Virus record (IMG/VR): IMGVR_UViG_3300048858_000027
Location: 1 to 64,000 of that record
Length of the DNA stretch: 64,000 nt
Strand: one strand, 5' to 3'
Origin: a virus
Lineage: Duplodnaviria > Caudoviricetes
This document shows positions 1 to 9,841 of the stretch, one piece after another; position 1 is the stretch's first letter, and the number at the start of each line of letters is the position of its first letter. The notes beneath the pieces are model-generated. The model had not been told where the DNA came from, did no database searches, and was given only the letters and a program-made list of their open reading frames with translations. The position numbers and the translations under genes are program-made.

Positions 1-1797
1 TTGTTTCTGCACGATTGTCTAAGCGGACAGTATTGCGCAAGGCATTTCGCCGCTAAAGGCATATTCCTTATCTTGAACGATAACAAATACACCTCCGATC
101 TTCTCCATATCCTGGAGAGTCGTTATTCCGTCGAGTCCGCCGGAATGACCACCGGGGAGTGGATCTGCGCGAACACGACCCATCGGTCGAAGCCCTTCTC
201 GTTCAAGGGCTACGAGTTCCAGCGCGCGATCGCTGATGACCTGCACCCCGAGCTGGACTGCATCAAGATCTCCCAGGTCGGCCTGTCGGAGATCCAGCAG
301 CGCAAGGCCCTCGCGCTCTCGGTGCGCAATCCGGGCATCGTGGGCATCTTCACCCTGCCCAACGAGGGCATGTATCGGAAGTTCTACCAGTCGCGCATCA
401 AGCCGCTGCTGGAGCAGGATCAGGTCTTCGCCGCCCGCGAGGGTGACGTGCGCTCGATGAGCCTGATCCAGATCGGACAGAGCTTCCTGCACGTCGCCAA
501 TGCGACCGAATCCTCAGCTACCTCGATCTCGGCCGACTTCGTGTTCACCGACGAGGTGGATCTCTCGGACCAGAAGATGCTCGCGCTGCTGTCCTCGCGC
601 GTGCAGAACTCCAGCTACAAGATCAAGCAGCGGTTCTCGACCCCGACCTGGACGGGCTACGGCATCGACGCCACCTACTCGATCTCGGACCAGCGGGAGT
701 ATTTCTGCCGCTGCCACGCCTGCCGCCATCACCAGATCCCCCTGTTCAACCGCAACTTCGTCCGCCTGGATGGCCTCCCGGACAGTGGCGAGCTGATCGA
801 GCTGGATGATGCCACGATCCTGGGCCTGGACACCGGCTCCGCCCGCATCGTCTGCGAACGGTGCGGCGCGGACCTTGATCTGGACGACCCGAACCGCGAG
901 TGGGTCGCCTCCCACCCCTCGCGCGTGAATGGCCGCGGCTACCGCGTGAGGCCCTTCACCACGGGCCGCCTGGGTGTCCAGTATATCTTCAACCAGATGC
1001 TGGCTTACCGCCGCCGTGACTTCGTGCGGGGCTTCGTCAACACCGTGCTGGGCGAGCCCTTCACGGATGGCAATGCGCGCCTGAGCGAAGAGGCGATCCG
1101 CGCCAACATGCTCACCCCGGCGGTGCCGGAGGTGAGCAAGGGCACCGATGTCTTCGTAGGCATCGACATGGGCCAGGTCTGCCACATGGTCCTGGGGCGC
1201 CCTGGCCCGGATGAGTCCGTGATGCCGTTTGAGTTCCGCCAGGTGCGCGTGAACGACCTGCTGGCGGAGGTCAAGATCATCCAGGAGAACTACAATCTGA
1301 TTGGTGGCTCCTGCGACCGTCACCCCTACACGCCGACTGCCGACGAGCTGATGAAGCAGACGGATGGGCGGATCGTGCCGATCGAATATCGCGGCCAGAA
1401 GGAGTTCAACCCGGTCAAGGCACCAGACGGGGAGGAGATCCTCTACTGGCAGGCCAACCGGACCCAGATCATCGACGAGGTGGCAAAGCTCGTCCGCACC
1501 AAGAAACTCCCCATGGCGGGCTACGGCGCGCACGGCGGCCTGTTGATCGAGCACCTGCGCGACATGGTGCGCGAAGAGGATCCCGAGAAGCCCGCGGTCT
1601 GGACGAAGCTGAACGGCAACGACCACTACTTCCACGCGCTGGCCTTCCTGGTAGCATCCGTGCGCCTACCAGGCGTGCTCGCCGCCTACCAGAAGCAGGA
1701 GGTGCGCTCGACCATCGCGCTGATGGGTCTGAACCTGCAGTCGGTCGGCATGTTCGGGGGCCAGAAGCTGAGGAAGTCGGCTGGGTCGCTATACTGA
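1..1797 (+). CDS. terL: Terminase large subunit (GpA-like ATPase plus nuclease); true start probably TTG 73 or ATG 145
   Basis: Motifs KISQVGLSE, FTDEVD (Walker B), FSTPT, Zn-binding CHAC/CERC and C-terminal nuclease GIDMG...NDHYFHAL; lies upstream of the portal gene. Confidence 0.9.
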   Translation: MFLHDCLSGQYCARHFAAKGIFLILNDNKYTSDLLHILESRYSVESAGMTTGEWICANTTHRSKPFSFKGYEFQRAIADDLHPELDCIKISQVGLSEIQQRKALALSVRNPGIVGIFTLPNEGMYRKFYQSRIKPLLEQDQVFAAREGDVRSMSLIQIGQSFLHVANATESSATSISADFVFTDEVDLSDQKMLALLSSRVQNSSYKIKQRFSTPTWTGYGIDATYSISDQREYFCRCHACRHHQIPLFNRNFVRLDGLPDSGELIELDDATILGLDTGSARIVCERCGADLDLDDPNREWVASHPSRVNGRGYRVRPFTTGRLGVQYIFNQMLAYRRRDFVRGFVNTVLGEPFTDGNARLSEEAIRANMLTPAVPEVSKGTDVFVGIDMGQVCHMVLGRPGPDESVMPFEFRQVRVNDLLAEVKIIQENYNLIGGSCDRHPYTPTADELMKQTDGRIVPIEYRGQKEFNPVKAPDGEEILYWQANRTQIIDEVAKLVRTKKLPMAGYGAHGGLLIEHLRDMVREEDPEKPAVWTKLNGNDHYFHALAFLVASVRLPGVLAAYQKQEVRSTIALMGLNLQSVGMFGGQKLRKSAGSLY

Positions 1798-1910
1798 AGG
1801 TTCAACAGAAAGATTGGTGTTGAACACCAGTACCCTGAACGCTAGGTACGAGATGTACGGGTCATGGGGCTAGTTTCCCCTTTCAGTCTTTTCAGAGTCA
1901 GTAGCGTTCC

Positions 1911-1950
1911 AAGCCCTTCTCAGATTTGTCCCTGAGAAGGGCTTTCCTTT
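1911..1950 (+). terminator. 13-bp hairpin, terminator-like, between terL and portal
   Basis: AAGCCCTTCTCAG (1911-1923) / CTGAGAAGGGCTT (1932-1944), followed by TCCTTT. Confidence 0.55.
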
Positions 1951-1970
1951 GCCTGATTACCAATCCCTCC

Positions 1971-1982
1971 CTATTTAATAGG
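1971..1982 (+). promoter_or_regulatory. Putative late-promoter motif CTATTTAATAGG
   Basis: Near-identical AT-rich 12-mer recurs before protease (6668) and tail tube (14362). Confidence 0.5.
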
Positions 1983-2019
1983 AATACCCGAAGGGGACAC
2001 TCGCTGGCACTGACCACCT

Positions 2020-3501
2020 GTGCCCTCCGTCCTCGACTCCCTCTTCAAATTCGTGCTGCCGCGCAAGAAGGCTGCGGGTGTCTCTGCGACACCCACCTTC
2101 AACCCGCAGGCGACTGGGCGCGTCCTGACGCTTCCCGACTACCGGGACTACACCAAGGACATCTACAGCGAGCGACAGAACGCCACGGACGCGCGCTCGC
2201 TGCTGGAGCTGATGTTCCGGCTCGACCCGGATGTGTCCGCCGCGGCCAATGCCTACCTGACGGTCGCGGACACCGAACCCATGGTGTTCATCCGCAACAT
2301 TGATGGTGAGTTTGATCGGGACGCCTACAAGAGCTTCGAGCAGTTCAAGCTGACCCTGGCGCATCAGCCTGATCTGACGCAGGGCTACGCCCATAAGATG
2401 GGCCTCCGCTATATCAGTGAGCAGCTCCGCTACATGGCGCTGCTGCGCGGCGCCTGTGCTGCCGAGCTGGTCGCGGACAAGGCGCAGCTCCCGACCGATG
2501 TGCGGATCATCGACCCGTCCAGTATCCGCTGGTACGAGAAGCAGGCTGGCGTCTACAAGCCAACACAGGTCGTCACCGGGCAGAATACTGAGACCCAGCT
2601 CGACATCGCGACATTCTTCTTCAGCTATTACCGCTGCTCGCCGCTGACGGTCTATCCGACACCGCCCTTCGTCGCCGCGATCAACACGATTGCCGCGCGC
2701 CAGCAGGTGATCAACGACCTGTATCGCATCATGGCGATGACCGGGTTCCCCCGCGTCGATGTCACGGTGCTGGAAGAGGTGCTGCGCAATGCGGCGCCTC
2801 CCGCCCTAAAGCAGAACCAGAACGAGCTTCAGACCTGGATCAACGCCCGGATCGAAGAGATCCGCGCCAGCTTCAGCTCCGTCCAGCCCGACCAGGCATT
2901 CGTCCACACGGATTCCGTGGAGACGAAGATCCTCAACGACAAGAACCCCGGTGTGGGCGTGAATGTCGAGAGCATCATCTCGGTGCTTAATGCCCAGAAC
3001 CAGGCGGGCCTGAAGTCCGTCTCGACCATCCTGGGTCGCGGCGAGAGCGGCGTGAACACGGCCTCCGTCGAGAGCCGCATCTTCGCCCTCAACGCCGACG
3101 CGCTGAACGCCCCCGTGGCCCAGATCCTGGGCCGCATCATCACCACGGCGCTCCAGCTCCTCGGGCACCAGGTGTTCTGCGAGGTGCAGTTCCGGCCCGC
3201 TGAGCTGCGTCCCATGACCGAGCTGGAGCCCCAGCTCGTCATGCGCCAGACGCGCCTGCTGGACGCACTCTCGCTCGGGACGATCACCGACGAAGAATAT
3301 CACCTCCAGATGCACGGGCGTCTTCCACCTGAAGGCGCCCCCGTCCTGTCTGGAACCAATTTCCGCCCCGGCGCAGGAGGTCTGAATGTGGAAGGCGTTA
3401 GCCCAAATTCTGATCCAATGGGCCGCAGCCTCTCTCCAGAAGGCTCTCAGCAAGCGCGGTCGAACGCGGTGAAGGGCAAGGGGAATCCTCGAAATGCATG
3501 A
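2020..3501 (+). CDS. Portal protein
   Basis: 493 aa, directly after terL and before head genes; typical portal size and position. Confidence 0.8.
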   Translation: MPSVLDSLFKFVLPRKKAAGVSATPTFNPQATGRVLTLPDYRDYTKDIYSERQNATDARSLLELMFRLDPDVSAAANAYLTVADTEPMVFIRNIDGEFDRDAYKSFEQFKLTLAHQPDLTQGYAHKMGLRYISEQLRYMALLRGACAAELVADKAQLPTDVRIIDPSSIRWYEKQAGVYKPTQVVTGQNTETQLDIATFFFSYYRCSPLTVYPTPPFVAAINTIAARQQVINDLYRIMAMTGFPRVDVTVLEEVLRNAAPPALKQNQNELQTWINARIEEIRASFSSVQPDQAFVHTDSVETKILNDKNPGVGVNVESIISVLNAQNQAGLKSVSTILGRGESGVNTASVESRIFALNADALNAPVAQILGRIITTALQLLGHQVFCEVQFRPAELRPMTELEPQLVMRQTRLLDALSLGTITDEEYHLQMHGRLPPEGAPVLSGTNFRPGAGGLNVEGVSPNSDPMGRSLSPEGSQQARSNAVKGKGNPRNA

Positions 3502-3510
3502 GGTCTCCTG

Positions 3511-3651
3511 ATGTTTTTCGTCCTGGCTGCTGCCCTGGTGAAGAACCCCAACCCCCCGACAGGACTGCCAAAGATCCTGAGTGAAGATGGTCGTCGGCTC
3601 ATGAACGAGCGCGAGATCAAGCTGGTGAGCGAGAAGAAGGCCAATGGCTGA
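3511..3651 (+). CDS. Small hypothetical protein (46 aa, MFFVLAAALVKNPNPP...)
   Basis: Read manually; ATG 3511, TGA overlaps the start of the next gene; GAGG upstream. Confidence 0.55.
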   Translation: MFFVLAAALVKNPNPPTGLPKILSEDGRRLMNEREIKLVSEKKANG

Positions 3652-5269
3652 CATTAAGATTTCGCAGCTTCCGGCGGCATCACCTTTCAACGGCAGCGAA
3701 TCCCTTCTGGGTGTTCAAGGTGGCGAGACCAAGCAGTTCCAGGTCGATGACCTGGTGGCTCCTCTTGCCTCGCAAGTCCTGCAGGACGTGCCTGTCCGTT
3801 CGGTGCCGAAGAAGGTCTCACGGGCCTTCTCGGTCAAGGATCTCGCTGGCTTCGTTGCAGCATGGATGGGCAGCGACAGCATCTGGCGGCTGAGGGGCTT
3901 GCGGATGCTGACCGCCAGCAGCGAGGGTATGCCCTTCTACGACACCGCTGGTGCGCTGCTGATGCGGCTGCGCAGCGGCGCGGTGGACTTGCCGGGTAGC
4001 AGCCAGGCGCAGACCTCGCGCCATGCCTGGAGCGTGCGCGACACGACTGGCTTCCTGGCTGCGTGGGTGGACCATCTGGGCATCTTCCGCGCTGGTGCCC
4101 TGACGGCGAAGAAGGGCACGCTGTCGCGTCTGACGGTGCCACACCCGGTAACGGGCCAGCTTGCCCTGTTCGATGTCGAGGGCACGGCCATCAGGTTGGC
4201 TGGCGTGCGCTATCAGCCGATCCTTGACACACCTGGCAAGCCTGTGTTCCGCCTGAAAGATGAGTACGGCTTTGTGGCCGGCTACATCGACAGGAACGGC
4301 GTCGGCCACGGCGTCTATGCTGCAGGGGGTGGAGGTGTCGCTGTGGCACATCCGCCGATGGTGCTGGAGGTAGTCTCCAGCACCCGGCTGCACCTGCACA
4401 TCCAGGGCAGCAAGGGCGGGGCTCGCTACATCTCGTTCGACATCAGGAATGTGCCCAACCCTGGTAAGAACAGTGATGTCTGGCGCGTGCATTTTGCCCA
4501 TGACAGCACCCGCAGCAATTCCGGCGCCTTCTCGCTGGGAAAGCAGATCCTGATCGAAGGTGAGCAGGAGTTTGCTGTGAAGCCGCGCGGCTCCATCAAC
4601 TTCATCGGCGGCAATGCGCACGGCAATGAGGAGAAGTTCTCCTTCTATGCTCTCGCGGACGGTGTGCCAGTTGATCTGTCCACGCAGACCAAGATCGTCT
4701 GTGACCGCTTCGAGATGGTCCAGGGCTCACGCGGCTACCGGCCAGGTGCCACGACTGAGACGACATGGGCGCCGAAGGGCGACCACATCATGGATCTGCA
4801 GCGGACCTGGCAGTTCACCCGCGCCGATGGCGGTGCCCGCTGGGTGCTGACCAACCGGGTCAAGATGCTGGCTGACCTGGCCTTTGGCGGCTACGGCGAC
4901 CTCAGCGGCCCATCCTACTTCGCCATGGCCTGCATGGCGCGCGCGCTGGACGATGGCACGGTCGTCAGCAACACGGCGGCATGGGAACCTGACTGGCAGC
5001 CGGCCGATGTGAGCCAGGATGGCTTTGCGACGCAGACCACCACCCAGGCCAGCGCCATCCGCCTTTGGGGACCGAACGGCTGGGCACTGGTGATGCGCTG
5101 GCTCAAGGGCTGGGATCAGCCGAAGCGCGAGGTCTACGTCTCCAACCGTGCGGGCATGAACAAGCTCTACCACAATTTCTTTGGCGGCACCGACGCGGCG
5201 CCCGTGACGGTGCAAGCCGGCGACACCTTCGAGGGTGTTGTCGAATACCTCTTCTCCAACAGCAACTGA
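3644..5269 (+). CDS. Virion fibre/spike-like structural protein
   Basis: N-terminal MADIKISQLPAA... anchor motif typical of phage fibre proteins; three internal DxxGF(V/L)A repeats; beta-rich C-terminus. Confidence 0.55.
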   Translation: MADIKISQLPAASPFNGSESLLGVQGGETKQFQVDDLVAPLASQVLQDVPVRSVPKKVSRAFSVKDLAGFVAAWMGSDSIWRLRGLRMLTASSEGMPFYDTAGALLMRLRSGAVDLPGSSQAQTSRHAWSVRDTTGFLAAWVDHLGIFRAGALTAKKGTLSRLTVPHPVTGQLALFDVEGTAIRLAGVRYQPILDTPGKPVFRLKDEYGFVAGYIDRNGVGHGVYAAGGGGVAVAHPPMVLEVVSSTRLHLHIQGSKGGARYISFDIRNVPNPGKNSDVWRVHFAHDSTRSNSGAFSLGKQILIEGEQEFAVKPRGSINFIGGNAHGNEEKFSFYALADGVPVDLSTQTKIVCDRFEMVQGSRGYRPGATTETTWAPKGDHIMDLQRTWQFTRADGGARWVLTNRVKMLADLAFGGYGDLSGPSYFAMACMARALDDGTVVSNTAAWEPDWQPADVSQDGFATQTTTQASAIRLWGPNGWALVMRWLKGWDQPKREVYVSNRAGMNKLYHNFFGGTDAAPVTVQAGDTFEGVVEYLFSNSN

Positions 5270-5279
5270 GGAGCCACCC

Positions 5280-6017
5280 ATGGGCGTGGACATGATCGTC
5301 TCCGGCGCTGACTTCTCGGCGTCCGGCATCTTTGACCCGCCGGTCGATGCGGATTGGAAGCTGTGGCTCTATCCGCAGAATCTGACCAAGGCGGCGCAGA
5401 ACCTCATTGATGGCGGTGGAGGTGTAACCCTCACTGGCTCGCCAACTGAGGTGCCAAGTGGTGTCAAGCTGAAGTCACTGACCAACAGCCTGGACACCAC
5501 CATCGCTGAACAGGTGGTGCAGAGCTGGATCATGGTCTGCAAGGCGGATCAGGACACCACCGTTCCGGCGCAGGTGCCTTGCTTCATGGGCAGCTATGGC
5601 TCGGTCAATGGGAACACCGTGGGCGCCATGGTCAGTCCTTATGCGGCTGGCCGGATCTATTTCACCTGGAGTGAGGTCGCTAACGGCGTCTACGCCCAGC
5701 AGCGCATCGGCCACCCTGCCGTGCAGGACATCAGCCAGCACCGCTTCTACGCCGCAGTCTCGGACGGGGTGAACTACGCCTTCTACGATAAGTCGGCGGG
5801 CCTTACCTATACGACAACCCGCCCTGGCACCACCCGCGCGCTGGGCACTGGTCTTCCGATCAGGGTCGGGTCGCGCTGGAGCGGCACGGCATATGGCGAG
5901 AGCAGCCACGTATTCGATGCGGTCTGCAACACGGCACTCACCGCAGGGGATGTCGATGTTCTCTACAAGGCGGTGAAAGCATACCTCGCCTCGCTGACCA
6001 CCCCGATCGCGATCTGA
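5280..6017 (+). CDS. Putative lectin/concanavalin-like virion protein
   Basis: Start reassigned to ATG 5280 after GAGGAG; beta-rich with HRFYAAVSDG and LPIRVGSR segments resembling LamG/ConA folds. Confidence 0.45.
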   Translation: MGVDMIVSGADFSASGIFDPPVDADWKLWLYPQNLTKAAQNLIDGGGGVTLTGSPTEVPSGVKLKSLTNSLDTTIAEQVVQSWIMVCKADQDTTVPAQVPCFMGSYGSVNGNTVGAMVSPYAAGRIYFTWSEVANGVYAQQRIGHPAVQDISQHRFYAAVSDGVNYAFYDKSAGLTYTTTRPGTTRALGTGLPIRVGSRWSGTAYGESSHVFDAVCNTALTAGDVDVLYKAVKAYLASLTTPIAI

Positions 6018-6053
6018 CGCAATCTCCGCGCAAGCTGACCACGGAGTCCCATC

Positions 6054-6230
6054 ATGCCCACCCCCATCATCGCCGCGATCATCCGCCACGGGCTTCAGGT
6101 CGCCGCCGGTAGCCTGCTGACCCAGGGCGTCATCTCTGACGGCAACATTGAACTGGCTGCAGGCGCGCTGGCGACCTTGGTGTCCGTGGTCTGGGAGATT
6201 TACTCCAAGCGCAAGGAGACCAAGCAGTGA
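6054..6230 (+). CDS. Putative holin (58 aa)
   Basis: Read manually: MPTPIIAAIIRHGLQVAAGSLLTQG...WEIYSKRKETKQ; two hydrophobic segments, basic C-terminus, overlaps the lysozyme start. Confidence 0.7.
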   Translation: MPTPIIAAIIRHGLQVAAGSLLTQGVISDGNIELAAGALATLVSVVWEIYSKRKETKQ

Positions 6231-6664
6231 GTGCGCTGGGGACGCTCCTGGAGAGCGAAGAAGGGCTTCGCCTGACCGTCTATGACGATGCCACGGGCAA
6301 GCCGCTGCTGCCAGGTATGACGATCGTGGGCCACCCCACGATTGGCATCGGGCGCTGTCTCGATCGCAAGGGTATCACCGAGGTCGAGGCGCGCTACCTG
6401 CTGGAGAATGATCTCCAGGAAGTCCGCGCCCAGGTGGCGAAGGAACTTCCATGGTCTGCGAAGCTGAGCGTGAGCCGCCGGATCGTGCTGGAAGCGATGG
6501 CGTTCCAGATGGGCATCGACGGTCTGCTGGGTTTCAGGAACACCCTGGCGATGGTCCAGCGTGGTGATTACGCCGGAGCCGCCGCGGGGATGTTGAACTC
6601 GCTCTGGGCGCGGCAGACCCCTGCGCGTGCCAAGCGTATGTCCGAGATGATGCGTCTCGGCTGA
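6227..6664 (+). CDS. Endolysin, T4-lysozyme-like muramidase (GH24)
   Basis: EEGLRLTVYDD...PTIGIG catalytic region; MAFQMG, SLWARQTPARA motifs. Confidence 0.9.
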   Translation: MSALGTLLESEEGLRLTVYDDATGKPLLPGMTIVGHPTIGIGRCLDRKGITEVEARYLLENDLQEVRAQVAKELPWSAKLSVSRRIVLEAMAFQMGIDGLLGFRNTLAMVQRGDYAGAAAGMLNSLWARQTPARAKRMSEMMRLG

Positions 6665-6667
6665 TCA

Positions 6668-6679
6668 CTATTTAAAAGG
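6668..6679 (+). promoter_or_regulatory. Putative late-promoter motif CTATTTAAAAGG
   Basis: AT-rich 12-mer about 40 nt before the protease start; shared with 1971 and 14362. Confidence 0.5.
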
Positions 6680-6719
6680 CACTGAACCGCTTCAACGTAT
6701 CGCGCATGAATCCTGCGAT

Positions 6720-7847
6720 ATGTTGAAGCAGGTCCCCAAAACCGATCGCGTCAAGAGCCTCGTTGCCGCCGCCTATGGCGACGACAACGTGGACATGGAA
6801 GCGATCGCGGTCTTCGAGGCCGTCGCCATCAACAGTCTGCCCTTGCGCCGCAAGGGTGGTCTGTTCGAGGCGGCACGGGTTCAGCGCGACACCATGCTGG
6901 CGATGAAGGCGCTGCTCGATGAGGGGCGCCACATTCCGCTTCAGCTCATGCACGAAGGTGGCATTCCGGTCGGCAAGGTGATCGCCGCCGATCTGAATGA
7001 GACCGCCAGTGGGCCTGAGCTGCGGACGATGTTCTATCTTCCGACCAGTGAGAGCGAACTGATCACCAAGCTGGACGCTGGGGTGATCGGTGAGGTGTCC
7101 ATCGGCATCCTCGCGAAGTCGGTGACATGCAGCAAGTGCGGCTTCAACTTCTTCAGCGACAGCGCCACCTTCGAGCACATCTACGAGCGGACGTGCGACA
7201 AGGGCCACACCGTGGGCAAGGACGGCACGCACGTCCAGCTCAACGGCCTCGATAAGTGGATGGAGCTGTCGCTCGTTGACCAGGGCGCCGCTGCTGGTGC
7301 GGTGATCCTACCCCGTCCCCGTCAATCCCTTTCAGCATCTGCTGAGCGCCTGGCTGCCTCCGGTTTCGATCCGGGGACGCTGGCTCTGTTCGCGTGCGCT
7401 GAGCACGCTCCCGACGCCCCGGAGAAGCCTAAGAACATGGAAGAAGTCATTCAGCTCAAGGCTGAGCTGATCGTCGCTGGCAAGGAGAAGGAAGCTCTCC
7501 AGGCTGCCGTCGATGAGCAGAAGGGCAAGCTCGAAGCTGCGACCGCTGAGGTCGTGGAGCTGAAGGCGAAGCTGGCCGAAGCCGAGAAGTCCGACGCCGC
7601 CAAGCTGAAGGCCAGCCTGGATGTCGCCGCCGAGTTCATCCAGGAAGCCGCGACCGCCGCTCTGGCCCCGCTGGGCAAGGCCGAGGCGGATCTGCCCGCC
7701 GAGCTGTCCGACCGCATCAAGCTGGTCAAGGAAGCCCGCAGCAAGCTGGCCCTGACTATCCCTGTGGGTGGCGCCTCCGAGGCGTCCAACACCCCCAAGG
7801 ACAAGACCACCCCCGCCAACTACGCCGCCTTCCGGGCTCGGCGCTGA
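6720..7847 (+). CDS. Prohead protease with C-terminal scaffold
   Basis: LQLMH...GKV, EVSIG and ELSLV protease-like motifs; coiled-coil C-terminus; precedes decoration and capsid genes. Confidence 0.7.
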   Translation: MLKQVPKTDRVKSLVAAAYGDDNVDMEAIAVFEAVAINSLPLRRKGGLFEAARVQRDTMLAMKALLDEGRHIPLQLMHEGGIPVGKVIAADLNETASGPELRTMFYLPTSESELITKLDAGVIGEVSIGILAKSVTCSKCGFNFFSDSATFEHIYERTCDKGHTVGKDGTHVQLNGLDKWMELSLVDQGAAAGAVILPRPRQSLSASAERLAASGFDPGTLALFACAEHAPDAPEKPKNMEEVIQLKAELIVAGKEKEALQAAVDEQKGKLEAATAEVVELKAKLAEAEKSDAAKLKASLDVAAEFIQEAATAALAPLGKAEADLPAELSDRIKLVKEARSKLALTIPVGGASEASNTPKDKTTPANYAAFRARR

Positions 7848-7861
7848 AGGAACCCTGAATC

Positions 7862-8269
7862 ATGCCGGGTCTGATGACTGCTGGAGTGAATCTCCAGAAC
7901 ATCCACATGGAGGATTGGCATCTGCCATTCCTCCTCGCCGCCGGGATCACCGCTGCCGATGTCGGCAAGGCTGTGACGATGGACACGGTGGCCAACACCG
8001 TGAAGCTCGCCGGGGATGATGACGAGATCCTGGGCCGTCTGGAGACGGTCGAGATCCGCACGACCGAGGGCATCAATGTCGGCACCGTCGCCCAGAAGGG
8101 CGTGCTGAACCTGCCGTACACGGGCACAGCTCCGACCCCCACCAGCCAGGTCGTCGGCTCCGCCACGCCGGGCGTCGTGAAGGTCGCCGGCACCCCGGCC
8201 GTGGGGCGCCGCAACATCGTGGTGGATCGCAATACCGCGAAGTCCGCCGTCACCGTGATCCTGCTGTAA
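7862..8269 (+). CDS. Capsid decoration/cement protein
   Basis: 135 aa Gly/Val/Thr-rich gene between protease and major capsid. Confidence 0.6.
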   Translation: MPGLMTAGVNLQNIHMEDWHLPFLLAAGITAADVGKAVTMDTVANTVKLAGDDDEILGRLETVEIRTTEGINVGTVAQKGVLNLPYTGTAPTPTSQVVGSATPGVVKVAGTPAVGRRNIVVDRNTAKSAVTVILL

Positions 8270-8281
8270 GGGCTGAGACAG

Positions 8282-9460
8282 ATGGCTGAAAGCCTCCTCG
8301 ACATTCAGCGCAATCGTCAGCCTGTTGAAAAGCTGCTGGCGAAGCTGAAGTCCGACAACCGCGCTGAATCCGCCCAGGCTGGCCTGAACCTGGTCAGCGA
8401 GGCGAACAAGTATGCGCTGAATCTGCGCGACTACCTGACGCTGGCCGTGGAGACCAAGGGCACCGCCCTCTCCGACCTGTCGGGCTACGAGGCCGCGCTG
8501 GTCTACCTGAACCTGCCGGTGGCCGACGACTTCAAGGAAGGCGTGGTTCTCCAGGCCGCGTCCGAGACGTTCCAGACCTACCCCGGCACGCGCGCGATGT
8601 TCCCGCCCGTGATCGACGACATGCTGCAGTGGTCCACCCGTCAGGGCCAGATCGAGCAGCTCGATCCGCTGCTGGCCGGCAGCCGCACGATCTCTGGCGT
8701 CGAGCTGACTTACACCATGGTCAACGAAGACGGCTCCGAGTTCGACAGCTTCACCGTCCCCGAGCTGGGTCGCATCCCGGTGCGTTCGCTCCGCACCAGC
8801 GAAGCGACCGTGAAGATGTTCAAGCACGGCTCCGGCATCCGCACGTCCTACGAGTTCAACCGCCGTGCCCGTCTGGACCTGCTGACGCCCTTCGCTGCCC
8901 GCGTGCAGCGTGAGCTGACGCGCTCCAAGATCCGCGCCGCGGTGAACATCATCGTCTCCGGCGATGGCAACTCCGGCACCGCGGCCCCGGTCGTGAACCA
9001 GAGCAGCTTCAACACTGCGGTCGGCAAGGACGCCACGGCTGGTGAGCTGAGCTATCTGCACCTGCTGAAGTGGCTGGTCTCGCGCGCCCAGGCTGGCGCT
9101 CCGGTCGATACCGTGGTGGGCAACTGGGACAGCGCGTTCCAGTGGATGAAGCTGTTCCAGCCGAACGCGAACACGGTCATCAGCGGCGCCGAAGCTCTGG
9201 CGCGGATGGGTGTCACGCTGAACCTGCCGAACATGGACATCCCGACGCCCAAGTTCGCCATCGCCTCCGCCGCCCCGGCTGGCAAGCTGATCGGCATGAT
9301 CGCCTCCGAGACCCTGGAGGAGTTGAAGGAGGCGGGCGCGGACATCCAGGAGGAGGAGCGGTCGATCCAGAACCAGTCGATCACCTACCTCCGCACCGAG
9401 ACCGCCGGCTTCCGGCTGGTCTTCAAGGATACGCGCTCGGTCTACGACTACACCGCGTGA
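8282..9460 (+). CDS. Major capsid protein
   Basis: 392 aa, strong codon bias, canonical position, followed by a strong terminator. Confidence 0.85.
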   Translation: MAESLLDIQRNRQPVEKLLAKLKSDNRAESAQAGLNLVSEANKYALNLRDYLTLAVETKGTALSDLSGYEAALVYLNLPVADDFKEGVVLQAASETFQTYPGTRAMFPPVIDDMLQWSTRQGQIEQLDPLLAGSRTISGVELTYTMVNEDGSEFDSFTVPELGRIPVRSLRTSEATVKMFKHGSGIRTSYEFNRRARLDLLTPFAARVQRELTRSKIRAAVNIIVSGDGNSGTAAPVVNQSSFNTAVGKDATAGELSYLHLLKWLVSRAQAGAPVDTVVGNWDSAFQWMKLFQPNANTVISGAEALARMGVTLNLPNMDIPTPKFAIASAAPAGKLIGMIASETLEELKEAGADIQEEERSIQNQSITYLRTETAGFRLVFKDTRSVYDYTA

Positions 9461-9466
9461 CTCTGA

Positions 9467-9494
9467 GGGGCGGCGAAAGCCGCCCCTTTCTTCT
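9467..9494 (+). terminator. Rho-independent terminator after capsid gene
   Basis: GGGGCGGC-GAAA-GCCGCCCC then TTTCTTCT. Confidence 0.9.
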
Positions 9495-9511
9495 CTGCCT
9501 GGGGAATCATC

Positions 9512-9838
9512 ATGAAGTTGTTCATCGAAACCACCGGATCCTTCATGCTGATCGACCCGGTATCGCGTCAGGAAGTGCATCACAACCGCCCCACCGTCAT
9601 CGCGGCAGGCGGCTTCGTGCAGAACCAGCACGCTCTGGGCCACGTCACCATTCACCTGCACCAGCTTCCCGATGAGGCCGATGATGCCGAGTTCGGCGCC
9701 TGGCTGAAGGAGTGTGATGGTGACAAGGAACTGGCGATGCAGAGCTACGCCGCCAAGTTCAACGCCGAGGTCGAAGCACCTTCGGCAGTGTCGGATCGCC
9801 CGCAGCGTCAGCAGCGTCAGCAACGCGCGGGGAGCTGA
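9512..9838 (+). CDS. Hypothetical head-associated protein
   Basis: 108 aa ORF with good codon usage, directly after the capsid gene. Confidence 0.65.
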   Translation: MKLFIETTGSFMLIDPVSRQEVHHNRPTVIAAGGFVQNQHALGHVTIHLHQLPDEADDAEFGAWLKECDGDKELAMQSYAAKFNAEVEAPSAVSDRPQRQQRQQRAGS

Positions 9839-9841
9839 TCT

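Noticed and set aside
1800-1840. Alphaproteobacterial LexA box (GAAC-N7-GAAC or GTTC-N7-GTTC)
   Set aside because: The GAAC copies at 1822 and 1837 are 11 nt apart, not 7.
9800-9830. Short CAGCGTCAG repeat
   Set aside because: It only encodes a low-complexity QRQQRQQR tail.
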